From: Macrostomum lignano
Lineage: Eukaryota
Assembly: GCA_002269645.1 (NCBI GenBank)
Contig: NIVC01002687.1
Span: forward strand, 62,001 to 126,000
Length of the DNA stretch: 64,000 nt
Direction of reading: 5' to 3'
The notes under the pieces are model-generated. The model was not told the origin of the DNA. It made no database searches and saw only the letters and a program-made list of their open reading frames with translations. Of the stretch, positions 1 to 11,925 are shown in pieces (the stretch's first letter is position 1; every line of letters begins with the position of its first letter). A program made the translations under genes and the position numbers.

Positions 1-1187
1 CCAGTGCTGAAGGCTTGCAACAAAGACATCGACTCCGAACTCAGCTGGGGTGTCAGCAGCAGACTCTGGCGGTTCAGCGGGCTGACTCTGCTGCAGCTGC
101 TGAGCATTCAATCCTACGATGAGCATTCGCATTCCCGTCTGAGCAAACTGATCAGCTGCGGTGCAGACCCTCGGCGGCCTGTCAGTCGGGTTGCCGCTCC
201 GGAGTTCAGACCGTACTCCAACTGCCCGCAGCTGGCTGCCAGGTTCTCTCCTGATCCCCTGGGATGCCTGCAAGCCCTAGGGCTGACCACGCCAAGGGAT
301 GTTCCGATTCTTCAGGGCACACAGCTGACCTTCAGCTGGGACACGGACTGTCACGTGTCCCACAGCTGCGCTAAGATCATCGCTTGTGAGTTCTGGTTGG
401 ACTCAAACCATTGATGAATGCATGCAGTTTGTATTGACCTGGACTGAGTATAATGCCTTTGACCCTAGCTGACCCTAGCTGACCCCCTGCCCGCCCTCAA
501 ACCTTTGATGAATGCATGCAGTTTGTATTGACCTGGACTGAGTATAATGCCTTTGACCCTAGCTGACCCCCTGCCCGCCCTCAAACCTTTGATGAATGCA
601 TGCAGTTTGTATTGACCTGGACTGAGTATAATGCCTTTGACCCTAGCTGACCCCCTGCCCGCCCTCAAACCTTTGATGAATGCATGCAGTTTGTATTGAC
701 CTGGACTGAGTATAATGCCTTTGACCCCAGCTGACCCCCTGCCCGCCCTCAAACCTTTGATGAATGCATGCAGTTTGTATTGACCTGGACTGAGTATAAT
801 GCCTTTGACCCTAGCTGACCCCCTGCCCGCCCTCAAACCTTTGATGAATGCATGCAGTTTGTATTGACCTGGACTGAGTATAATGCCTTTGACCCTAGCT
901 GACCCCCTGCCCGCCCTCAAACCTTTGATGAATGCATGCAGTTTGTATTGACCTGGACTGAGTATAATGCCTTTGACCCTAGCTGACCCTAGCTGCCTGC
1001 CTCCCACAGCTCGCACAGACCTCTCAGCAGTGACCCCCCCCCCTGTCCGCCTCCCACAGCTCGCACAGACCTCTCAGCAGGCTACAAAGAGTTGGCTCAG
1101 CGCAGACTGTCTGGTCCGGAGCTGCCCGTGCTGAAACTCGATGACGTTGACCTGCCGACTGTGGACGAGTTTTACAACATGCGTTAG
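1..1187 (+). CDS. 3' end (last two coding exons) of ankyrin-repeat gene, paralogue A; 5' part lies left of the window
   Basis: Exons <1-385 (donor T|gtgagt) and 1081-1187 (acceptor cagcag|GC) splice in frame: ...[15 protein letters not shown]...LISCGADP...[39 protein letters not shown]. About 98% identical to the minus-strand exons 60329-59945 and 58934-58833. Confidence 0.75.
412..1080. repeat. Intronic minisatellites: about 7 x 84-bp unit (412-995) plus 2 x ~41-bp unit (~1000-1080)
   Basis: GATGAATG recurs at 414, 507, 591, 675, 759, 843 and 927. CTCCCACAGCTCGCACAGACCTCTCAGCAG occurs twice, the second ending at the splice acceptor. Confidence 0.95.
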
Positions 1188-2147
1188 AACCCGACCCCTC
1201 CACTTTCTGAGCCTTCAGCAATCAGGATTTCCTTTTGAGTTACGAGAATCTACTCATTTTGCCCACCCGGAGCTTTTGATAGAGGATTTTAAAGCAACAC
1301 CTGCTTGCAACGATAATTTTTTAAAATGCATGCCTAGTACGTATGTTGTGGCTCATTTGTTTCATTTTCCTGAGTTTTCGAATTTAAACAAGACACTTAC
1401 ATGTACATATTGTTTAGGAGTACCTTGAAAACACACATTTTAATGCAGAGCATCACAGGCGTAATTTTAAGTAATTGTTTATCATAATTTTTCTTCGTTT
1501 CGTGTGCTTTTTTCAATGCGGCTCCACTAATTGTTTTATGCAAAATGTTTAATATCATATAACACGCTAATATACACACGAACATATGTACACATACTCA
1601 GTGCTTACGCAATTGTATCTACATGTAAATATGGTTTGCTTGTAATCGCTTTTTAAAGACTTCAAATACAAACTAATTCGTCAAAACATTATTAATTTCT
1701 TTTAACAACGTAAAATGTGTTTTTTTTCTTTCGTTCATGTAATCATGCCGTAATTACATATTCCTGTCACATAGTAATTAATTCATTATCTCATAATTTG
1801 TTTGACTACTAATTATTTTTTAATTGCACTATAAAAACATTCGCTGCTATGCTATTAAATTTACTCGTTACAAGACTTACATAGCTCGTAGACAGTGAGG
1901 CGAATTGTGTCGAAGCACATGCAAATTATGGACGAGTTAATCCTTGTAAGTCTTTCGGGAGCCTATAATACATGCATGGTGCAACATGCATGTATAAAAA
2001 GTATGTACTGGCATGCACATGTCAATCAATAAAGCAGATTCAGCTCTTACATGTACAATACCAGTTCACTGTCCTGCCAAAGGCTATGGGAGAGTATGTG
2101 TATATGTGTACATTTGATATACTTACATGTACATGTATATCAAATAT

Positions 2148-3180
2148 GTTACGCCGTTCCTATACTGTTTGTCCTGGTTGCTTGAATGGGCTGCGGATCG
2201 CTCTTCCTCCAATGACGACGACTTTCTCGGTGACGCGGTCGACGACCGTGAAGCGTGGTTCGACGCGGATCAGCGTGCTTTTGGCTACGCCGACGATCTC
2301 GCCCTGCTGTTCTCGACCGTCGAGGGCGCCCAGCGCCAGCTGGACCGCTGGTAAGCGTTGCGGCGAGTGTCGGCCTGGTGGTCAACACACGCAGAGAAGA
2401 CCGTCGCGCTCTGCGTGCCGGACGACATCGAGCTGGCTGCAATTTTCTGACGTCGAGGCGCTGACGAAACAGGTGACGAGGCTTCCGCGCTGTCACCAGT
2501 TTGTCTACCTTGGCGGTCTGCTGGTGCCTGACGTTCTATCGCGAGGACCTGCGACGCCGCCGGGGCCTTGCCTGGCCTGCCTAATTCCGCTCCGTTAGGG
2601 CTTTCCTGCAGTCCGAGGTCTTGTCTAACCACGCCAGAGGGCGCGCGGCGTTGTTCTAGTCCGTGATCGAGACCGTCTGCTGTGCAACGCCGAGACCTGA
2701 ACGCTGACGGAATCGCGCTCAAACAGCAGGTCGATGCGGCGCACGCTGACTTGCTGCGTGCCGCCTTTTTTCAAGATCGCTTACGAGCGTGTTACCCAAT
2801 GCGGTATTCTATCGCCACACCGCGCGGCCTGTTCCGTCCTAGCGAACTGTTGCGCCGTCGCCAACTCCAGCTGCAGGCAGGCCATATCCGAGCCGAGACG
2901 ATCCATATGTACATGTTCTGCCCGCAGCCGTGGTGTAGGAGGTTCTGCTGCTGCTGACGCTGCAGGCACCCTACCGGCGGAGGCAGGCGCGCACTCGTAG
3001 GCGTTTCGACGACTGTCTGCCATGGCTGATGCCTGTGCCCGGGGACACGACACTGCGGCGGTGCGGCCTACATGTACATATTTCGCTCCGAGGCCTTGGA
3101 AGCGCGCCCTGTGACATTTGTCCTATGCTTGACTGGCTGAGAATGTACATGTATTTAATTTGTTGTTGTTGTTGTTGTTG
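2148..3180 (+). mobile_element. 5'-truncated, degenerate non-LTR retrotransposon (RTE-like LINE): RT C-terminus and 3' tail
   Basis: Frameshifted pieces read GYADDLALLFSTVEGAQRQLDR, SVGLVVNT, QFVYLGG, AETxTLT..LKQQVDAAHADLLRAAF and RPSELLRRRQLQL (RT YADD motif plus RTE-type C-terminus). It ends in a (TTG)n tail at ~3160-3180. Confidence 0.85.
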
Positions 3181-4557
3181 CACATGTACAGTATGTGTAC
3201 ACATTGCCTATTAGTTATTTTTCGCATATCTACTGTATAATTTAGATAAGAAATTTTCCACTGAAAGAACTATTATAGCTTTTGCTGACAAGGACGGCTT
3301 TTACTGAGCTTTACGTACTTTTACGCGTTCATTAAATCTCTGCAATATGTGTGGATCAGTCTTAGCTAATTAAGCAATTATATGTTTCTCAGTCTTGACT
3401 CTTGACTCCCGTCCGCAAGTTCATGGAAAGTCCTCTAATTTCTGTGCAATCAATAATGTTCTCAAACAATATTGCAAAAATGTTATATTTTAGAACTGCA
3501 GATTGTCGGCAATCCTATGTTATATTACATAGGATAGCATAGTAGTTAGCCTCGAATAATCAAGAATGGCCTGGTATGAATAATTGTTAACTACGAGCTC
3601 CTGATACCTTTTGTTAAGTTGCTATCGCCAGTCGGTTCCGATCCGACATAGGGGGATAGGGCAAGCGTGCGTAGTGACTATGTACTAAACAAAGAACCGA
3701 CCATGACTTCAATAAAACGATGTTAAAACTTGAATCAGAACGTGTCGCAGTGCTACGTGTGGACAAAAGGTTTTAAGTTTAAAGGTCTTGAAGCTAATTT
3801 TTAGTTGTAATAATAATTAATATTGCTATTATTAGAGGGAAATCCAAGATTTACTGAACTTATTAAAATCTCCTGTAGGCCTAGACCCAATAAGCCGCTA
3901 GGCCTATCGCATAAATTGAGCTTAAGGCGAAACTGTACAAGTTCAGGTTAAGCTTATTCAGTACAGTATTACTATTATTAGGCCTACATGAATCCATGAA
4001 TGTTTTTTGCTTTTTCAAATCAGTGTGCCCTAGGCTTAGGTCTAATGCCTAAGCCGCCTAAAGGCCTAGGCCTAATGCCTAGGCCTAACTAGCTATATGA
4101 GTACATGAGTATGAACTTAGTTAACTGTCATTAGGGGTTGCAAAATCCCGGCTTGGATTGGAGATTGGAGATTTCCTCACAGTTTACCTCAATTTGTCAA
4201 TTGTGTCATAAATTCTGATATTGGTAACAAAACAAGCATCTCATTTATGCATTTTCAAGTTTTTAACACCATTTAGCTTGCTTGTTGCTCCCAATTGTTC
4301 TTGCCTAATATTACAAAATGAATAAAGGAACTCAAGAAGAACAAACTGATCAATCCAATAAACAGTTTTTACTTTTTGCTTTTATTTTCTGTATGATTGA
4401 TATAAATATGTTAGTGACTAGCTTTCATTGCGTAGCAATAGCACCATATACTGGGTTTTTTTTTTCGCCAGAGATAAGGTGCGAAATCGCACCTTGTGCC
4501 AAATTTCAAGGTGCGATTTTAAGGCTCAGAGTGCAATTTCTCTTGAGTCTTGTTTAG

Positions 4558-6643
4558 AATGTGAGGGTTTCACGAGAGATATTCAGACAGACATTCGAAA
4601 CGATCGTCTGTAACTTTAAACAAAATTGACCCGCTTCAACCATCTTTTTGGCAAATACTTACGCAAGTGTTGGGCGTCGAATAAGCTTTAATTTATTAAC
4701 TGAAGTAAAAATCCTTCTGACATACATTGATTTAAAAATTGCTTAGCAACACTAGCTCTGATTAGAAATCGCTTTAGTGTTGACTAAAATTGTTTTGATC
4801 GTAGCAGCCTAAAAGCAGATACTGGATTTAAAAATGCTTCGATTTACTCTATACGCATGTCTCAGCTTTAAAATGACACCTCAGGCGTCGCAAAAGACAG
4901 CTTTGATGCTGAGATATTCGACACTAAACATGCATTGCTTTGCGCAATCTCACATTCAGAAATTTCACTGATTTTTTGTCGATATTTGTGCAGTTGCCGT
5001 GTCCTTGTTTTTCATCAGAAACTTGTCAAATTCTAGTCATGTCCAGTTTAAACCTGGACTTCTCTTAAACTGTCTTAAGTATTTGATTTTTAATGATTCC
5101 TGCCTTTATATTGCATAGATTGTACCTGAGTCAGTGAGTCTGTGAGTGTACATTTGTACATATGGCAACCAATCATGACTTTTTCACCGCTTTGTGGTTC
5201 AAATAAATATACGAGTGTACGAGAAACATGTTCCAACTGTTATTGAGAGAAATTGACGTCGCGTTTATTAACAGTCAGTGGCAATTAATATGAAGCAAAT
5301 AGTTTATTGTTATGTTTTTACTTTTTTTGCGTGGCAATTCTGCTATCCAAATCGGAATGAGGTAAGCGGTGGGAATAAAATAAAAAGGAAGAATTTTTTC
5401 TACTGTTGTTGCAACCCAATAGCTATATGTACTTCAAACTTTTTAGATTGAACAGGCGATTTCTAATGTACTGCTAAGCTTTCCAATCCCTACGGACTAC
5501 AGTAGCAGTTCTTAACTTTTTTTCTGTCTTAACTTCTAGACTCGGAATTCGGAACAACCTAAGGAGCCGCATGAAAATATTTAATTGGATAAAGATATTT
5601 TCTAAAAACAGCTCAAGTCGTGACACATCTTCTTCTCACCTCAGTCCATCAACTGCTGCTCCTTCTGAGACCAAAGCGATCGTGAAAGTAAAACAGATCA
5701 GTTTAGATCCCATGGCCATGAATACAACCATTTCAATTGTGAACCTGCTTCGCTTACAAGTACGAGCACTAGCCTTCCATTTGATGCCATTAGCTCACTT
5801 AACTCTGAAATAGTTCAAGGACGGTTCCAAATGTTGAGATCTGACGTAGAAGCAGTCCAATTTGTGGAAATTTATCAACTGGACTCCATGAATCACTCCA
5901 ATGAAAGGCGGCGAATAGCTGCAGAATGCGTAAACAAGTTTAAGTGAGTCACAAAAACCCCATTTACTGTAACTACATACACTTGTACGTTAGCAAGGCT
6001 CCATGCGATGGTTAATAAATGGAGAAGTAGACAAGCATCTGAACAAATATTGAATAAAAATCAGTGAAGTTTCCAAATGTGAGTTTGAGCAAAGCAACGT
6101 TTAGTGTCGAATATCTCAGCATCAAAGCTGTCTTTTGCAATGCCTGAGGTGTCATTTTAAAGCTGAGACATGCGTATAGACATGACTAGAATTTGACAAG
6201 ATTCTGATGAAAAACAAGGACATGGCAACTGCACAAATATCGACAAAAAATCAGTGAAATTTCTGAATGTGAGATTGCGCAAAGCAATGCATGTTTAGTG
6301 TCGAATATCTCAGCATCAAAGCTGTCTTTTGCGACGCCTGAGGTGTCATTTTAAAGCTGAGACATGCGTATAGAGTAAATCGAAGCATTTTTAAATCCAG
6401 TATCTGCTTTTAGGCTGCTACGATCAAAAAACAATTTTAGTCAACAGTAAAGCGATTTCTAATCAGAGCTAGTGTTGCTAAGCAATTTTTAAATCAATGT
6501 ATGTCAGAAGGATTTTTACTTCAGTTAATAAATTAAAGCTTATTCGACGCCCAACACTTGCGTAAGTATTTGCCAAAAAGATGGTTGAAGCGGGTGAATT
6601 TTGTTTGAAGTTACAGACAATCATTTTGAATGTCTGTCTGAAT
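4558..6643. repeat. ~490-bp inverted repeat pair inside layer B: 4558-5043 versus 6181-6643 continued at 22230-22253; partial extra copy at ~6040-6180
   Basis: AATGTGAGGGTTTCACGAGAGATATTCAGACAGACATTCG (4558) is mirrored by ...AATGTCTGTCTGAAT (to 6643) plus ATCTCTCGTGAAACCCTCACATT (22230-22252). The right arm is split by the layer C insertion. No TSD found. Confidence 0.85.
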
Positions 6644-7009
6644 GGGTCTCCCTAAAACACGCCCCGCACCGCCCTGCAGCGCTACACATTAAAACAAATT
6701 GGACTATAACTAAAGACACTTCAGAATGCGTTTTCTGTTAAGCTTCAAGTTTTTATTAAATTTAGTTTTTTTACTTTGAAATATAAAATTCGGTGAACAA
6801 TAAGTGATATTAATAATAATATTAATAAAATAATAATATTATAATTAAATAATGAAAACGAGAATATAAAAAATAATAATATTTAAAAAAATAAATAAAG
6901 ATATTTATTCCATTACTATTTTAACTTTTCCTTGCAATCAAATACTGCATTGACAAAAAATGTTATAATGTGTAGCAGTTCGGGGCCCGGTGCGGGGCGT
7001 GTTTTAGGG

Positions 7010-10000
7010 GGGTCTCACTAAAAGACGGATCGGATCGGATCAGCTCGGATCGGATCCGATCCGATCCGATCCGAGTGTAACATACTAAAACAAAAACCTT
7101 AGTCTAATTCTTTTGCTTCTAAATATTTAAATACATTTAAATTTAGAGAATAAAGCCACCTAAGGACTAGAATAAAGGACACATCGTGCACGCGCAATTA
7201 ATTTTAATTCTGCAGTCTGCTGCAGCTTTATTCAAGTGGGTTGGTCGATGGGGCTTAGTTCTAGTGGTAGGCCTAGTAATATTAATAAGCTGGTTGGCTT
7301 GTATTTCTGCAAAACATTCCTAGTCTTTTTTTAGTCATTCTATTTTAAAGGCTGTTTAAATCTCTTTTCACATTCAGGATTTTGCATCCTCATACATCCT
7401 CATACTTTCACATTGAATTTTCAACTGTCTAAGGCCTTGGTAGGCCCTTCCTTACAAAAATACATTGTCTTAAACAATTGTATTTATTCCATTGACTGTC
7501 TTTAGACTATATTAATATATAATTTATATCATAAGGGAGTATATTAGACTCAGTTTTATAGTATTTCAATTTTTAGAGTATAGTATTCTGAATTTCTGGT
7601 TTTATTTAATAGGCTAATAAGTTGCTGTTGTTCATATAGCTAAGCATAAAGTATTTTAATTTTCCCATGCTATTTGATTGTCTTTACCATGTTTATATCT
7701 TTCAATATACCAAAAATAAAATCCCTCATATTTTATTGTGACATTTATTAACAATTGTTGACTGTCTACCAGTTAGGCCTATTCAGATTTACTATCTGAA
7801 GTTCCATAATTTATTGACTTTATTTCCTTCTCATTTTTCACTTTTCTCTTTTCTAATATATATATATACATTTGTTAATATTCATATTTGTTTTCTTCCC
7901 ATTTTTGCAAATCATTTACTAGGCCCTATCTACTACAATAGATCAAAACTGTACTATGCTAAATATCTAATATTTTAACCAACCTTTCAAAATACTTTCT
8001 TTTTAATATGTTATTACTTTGTAAATTTGAATTTATTATCCTTGCTTAATTTGATTTTTGCACTTTTTGAATCAAATTAATTTCCAAATTCTAAAAATAT
8101 ATGAATTATCTCATACATGTGTTATGTTAAAATTGAACTTCCAACAAAAAAAACCAAATATACTTTCTAATGTTGGCACAACAGGCACCATTTGCCTGAG
8201 CCAATCCTAACTACTACTACCACTCTACTCTTTAATTACTAGGCCTATTCATCTAGAGCAATAATGTTTCTTCTATAAGGTATATTATTGTTAAAGTATA
8301 TAGCCATAGAGACCTAGTCTAAATTCAATTCAACCCTATCTAACTTTATTCCAACTACAATCCAACTTTAATAGAACCTCTTCCAACTTTAATCAAATTT
8401 TAATCCAACATTATCCAACTCTTTCCTAAATCTTGTCACTCAATAAGGAACACTCAAAAGGAACACTTGGTAATCTTCTGTTTTCTTGTTTGCACTTACT
8501 CTCTCCATAGTCGCCTCCCTTGTCACCATATTTGGTCATTCTAGGCTTTCAACTTGAGAATCTAATCATTTCTAGGCACTCTGTGACGTCTGCTCTTGCT
8601 CAATCTGATCACCTGGACTCAAAACGAAAAAACTTGGTATTCTCTTGTTTTCTTGTTTGCACTTACTCTCTCCATAGTCGCCTCCCTTGTCACCATATTT
8701 GGTCATTCTAGGCTTCCAACTTGAGAATCTAATCATTTCTAGGCACTCTGTGACGTCTGCTCTTGCTCAATCTGATCACCTGGACTCAAAACAAAAACGT
8801 GATATTATCTTGTTTTCTTGTTTGCACTTACTCTCTCCATAGTCGCTTCCCTTGTCACCATATTTGGTCATTCTAGGCTTCCAACTTGAGAATCTAATCA
8901 TTTCTAGGCACTCTGTGACGTCTGCTCTTGCTCAATCTGATCACCGGGAATCAAAACGAAAAAACTTGGTATTCTCTTGTTTTCTTGTTTGCACTTACTC
9001 TCTCCATAGTCGCTTCCCTTGTCACCATATTTGGTCATTCTAGGCTTCCAACTTGAGAATCTAATCATTTCTAGGCACTCTGTGACGTCTGCTCTTGCTC
9101 AATCTGATCACCGGGAATCAAAACGAAAAAACTTGGTATTCTCTTGTTTTCTTGTTTGCACTTACTCTCTCCATAGTCGCTTCCCTTGTCACCATATTTG
9201 GTCATTCTAGGCTTCCAACTTGAGAATCTAATCATTTCTAGGCACTCTGTGACGTCTGCTCTTGCTCAATCTGATCACCGGGACTCAAAACGAAAAAACT
9301 TGGTATTCTCTTGTTTACTTGTTTGCACTTACTCTCTCCATAGTCGCTTCCCTTGTCACCATATTTGGTCATTCTAGGCTTCCAACTTGAGAATCTAATC
9401 ATTTCTAGGCACTCTATGACGTCTGCTCTTGCTCAATCTGATCACCTGGACTCAAAACGAAAAAACTTGGTATTCTCTTGTTTTCTTGTTTGCACTTACT
9501 CTCTCCATAGTCGCTTCCCTTGTCACCATATTTGGTCATTCTAGGCTTCCAACTTGAGAATCTAATCATTTCTAGGCACTCTGTGACGTCTGCTCTTGCT
9601 CAATCTGATCACCGGGACTCAAAACGAAAAAACTTGGTATTCTCTTGTTTTCTTGTTTGCACTTACTCTCTCCATAGTCGCCTCCCTTGTCACCATATTT
9701 GGTCATTCTAGGCTTCCAACTTGAGAATCTAATCATTTCTAGGCACTCTGTGACGTCTGTTCTTGCTCAATCTGATCACCTGGACTCAAAACGAAAAAAC
9801 TTGATATTCTCTTGTTTTCTTGTTTGCACTTACTCTCTCCATAGTCGCTTCCCTTGTCACCATATTTGGTCATTCTAGGCTTCCAACTTGAGAATCTAAT
9901 CATTTCTAGGCACTCTGTGACGTCTGCTCTTGCTCAATCTGATCACCGGGAATCAAAACGAAAAAACTTGGTATTCTCTTGTTTTCTTGTTTGCACTTAC

Positions 10001-10498
10001 TCTCTCCATAGTCGCTTCCCTTGTCACCATATTTGGTCATTCTAGGCTTCCAACTTGAGAATCTAATCATTTCTAGGCACTCTGTGACGTCTGCTCTTGC
10101 TCAATCTGATCACCTGGACTCAAAACGAAAAAACTTGGTATTCTCTTGTTTTCTTGTTTGCACTTACTCTCTCCATAGTCGCTTCCCTTGTCACCATATT
10201 TGGTCATTCTAGGCTTCCAACTTGAGAATCTAATCATTTCTAGGCACTCTGTGACGTCTGCTCTTGCTCAATCTGTTCACCGGGAATCAAAACGAAAAAA
10301 CTTGGTATTCTCTTGTTTTCTTGTTTGCACTTACTCTCTCCATAGTCGCCTCCCTTGTCACCATATTTGGTCATTCTAGGCTTCCAACTTGAGAATCTAA
10401 TCATTTCTAGGCACTCTGTGACGTCTGCTCTTGCTCAATCTGATCACCGGGACTCAAAACGAAAAAACTTGGTATTCTCTTGTTTTCTTGTTTGCACT
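7010..10498 (+). repeat. Left TIR of element D: ~1.47-kb unique arm plus ~12 x 167-bp tandem array (~8475-10498)
   Basis: Reverse complement of 19668-22205. Identical 63-codon pseudo-ORFs recur every 167 bp (8852, 9019, 9186 ... 10355). Confidence 0.95.
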
Positions 10499-10656
10499 AA
10501 CTCGGGCGTAAGTTTATATTTGGTTTATTTAAACCCATTTGCTTCCTCTGGTGACTCTAGCCTTCTGTTTGGTGTTCAGATTAATTCTAGAGAATTTGCC
10601 AGTGGAATTGAATTAAAATTTTGAATTTCGTTCAGAATTTTTACTTGAAATAATTA

Positions 10657-11775
10657 ATGGCTGCTTTCCTTTCTAAACTTTGCTTCATGGCATTTGCAAA
10701 GGACGCTTTTGCGCTATTCATTGGGCAAGGATGTTTGCCATCCCCCTTTCCTAAAGAGGACTTTGTTGTTGGAGTACGACTTATGGCTTCGGATGTTCGG
10801 GAAGCGGCTGTAACTCTTGGGTTAAAAGCGCTGAGTCGTTCTAGTATTCGTAATGTCGAAGGTCTTGAATTAAAGTACTTGACCGAAAGTGGGTTAAGCA
10901 TTGCGTTTGGTAATGGCGTCGCTATCACTCGAAAGAAGGGATCATCGACTGAATGCCGACAATCAGTTTCAGCGCGATGCAAGGCTGCGGACATGGGTCG
11001 AAAGTGGTTGGAGAGTAGCAATTGGGAGATGGTGAGTGATAGTACTTATCACCCTGCTTTTAAGCCTTGCAAGCAGCAGGTAAAACTGCACCTGCAGGAA
11101 GCTATCCGACACCTTGAGATGGCCTATTCTATTTCGAAATCACCATCCAATAGTGTTATTCGCCCAAGTTTAGTATGCGTTCGACAGGCTTTAGCAGAAT
11201 TGAACCAGATGAATGATAACCCGATTGAGATGGTGACGCTAACCAATGATGAGGTTAAGAAAGCTGAGGAAGCGAAAAAGGCTGAAGAAGCAAAGAAGGC
11301 TGAGGAAGCGAAGAAGGCTGAAGAAGCAAAGAAGGCTGAGGAAGCGAAGAAGGCTGAAGAAGCAAAGAAGGCTGAGGAAGCGAAGAAGGCTGAAGAAGCA
11401 AAGAAGGCTGAGGAAGCGAAGAAGGCTGAAGAAGCAAAGAAGGCTGAGGAAGCGAAGAAGGCTGAAGAAGCAAAGAAGGCTGAGGAAGCGAAGAAGGTTG
11501 AAGAGGCAAAGAAGGCTGAGGAAGTGAAGAAGGCTGAAGAGGCAAAGAAGGCTGAGGAAGTGAAGAAGGCTGAAGAAGCGAAGAAGGCTTGTGAAGCGAA
11601 GAAGGCTGGTAAAGCGAAGAAGGCTGAGAAAGCGAAGAAGGCTGAGAAAACGAAGAAGGCTGGTGAAGCGAAGAAGGCGAAGGAGGCTCAGGTATTGCCT
11701 GGGCCAAGACGCAGGCGTGCAGCATTTTCTGTTCTTCTACAGGAGCCAGTACAAAAGCAACTAAAGCGAAAGTAA
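10657..11775 (+). CDS. Orphan cargo protein of element D (372 aa): ~200-aa unique N-terminus plus 24 KKAEEA-type hexapeptides
   Basis: Uninterrupted ATG-to-TAA ORF. 18-bp codon repeats span 11257-11688, alternating in third positions. A possible in-frame 51-bp intron lies near 11692-11742. Confidence 0.7.
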   Translation: MAAFLSKLCFMAFAKDAFALFIGQGCLPSPFPKEDFVVGVRLMASDVREAAVTLGLKALSRSSIRNVEGLELKYLTESGLSIAFGNGVAITRKKGSSTECRQSVSARCKAADMGRKWLESSNWEMVSDSTYHPAFKPCKQQVKLHLQEAIRHLEMAYSISKSPSNSVIRPSLVCVRQALAELNQMNDNPIEMVTLTNDEVKKAEEAKKAEEAKKAEEAKKAEEAKKAEEAKKAEEAKKAEEAKKAEEAKKAEEAKKAEEAKKAEEAKKAEEAKKAEEAKKVEEAKKAEEVKKAEEAKKAEEVKKAEEAKKACEAKKAGKAKKAEKAKKAEKTKKAGEAKKAKEAQVLPGPRRRRAAFSVLLQEPVQKQLKRK

Positions 11776-11925
11776 GCTGAAGAGCATTTTTGTGAAAACA
11801 TCGCTCAATCTGATATTTAATATCACTGTGTGTACCTGGTGATTTTTTCCGATCTACTAATTGCTCACTAATAGTGCTGTTTTAATAATCTTTGTACTTT
11901 TGCCTAAGGAAATGTATCCAGAAGT

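Noticed and set aside
8475-10498. 167-bp array as a CRISPR array, or as twelve 63-aa genes
   Set aside because: The units are contiguous with no unique spacers, no cas genes are present and the context is eukaryotic. The ORFs start at TTG, overlap each other and merely reflect the repeat period.
10657-11775. Calling the KKAEEA protein TolA, histone H1 or a parasite antigen
   Set aside because: Similarity would rest on low-complexity composition only. The N-terminal domain shows no motif of those families.
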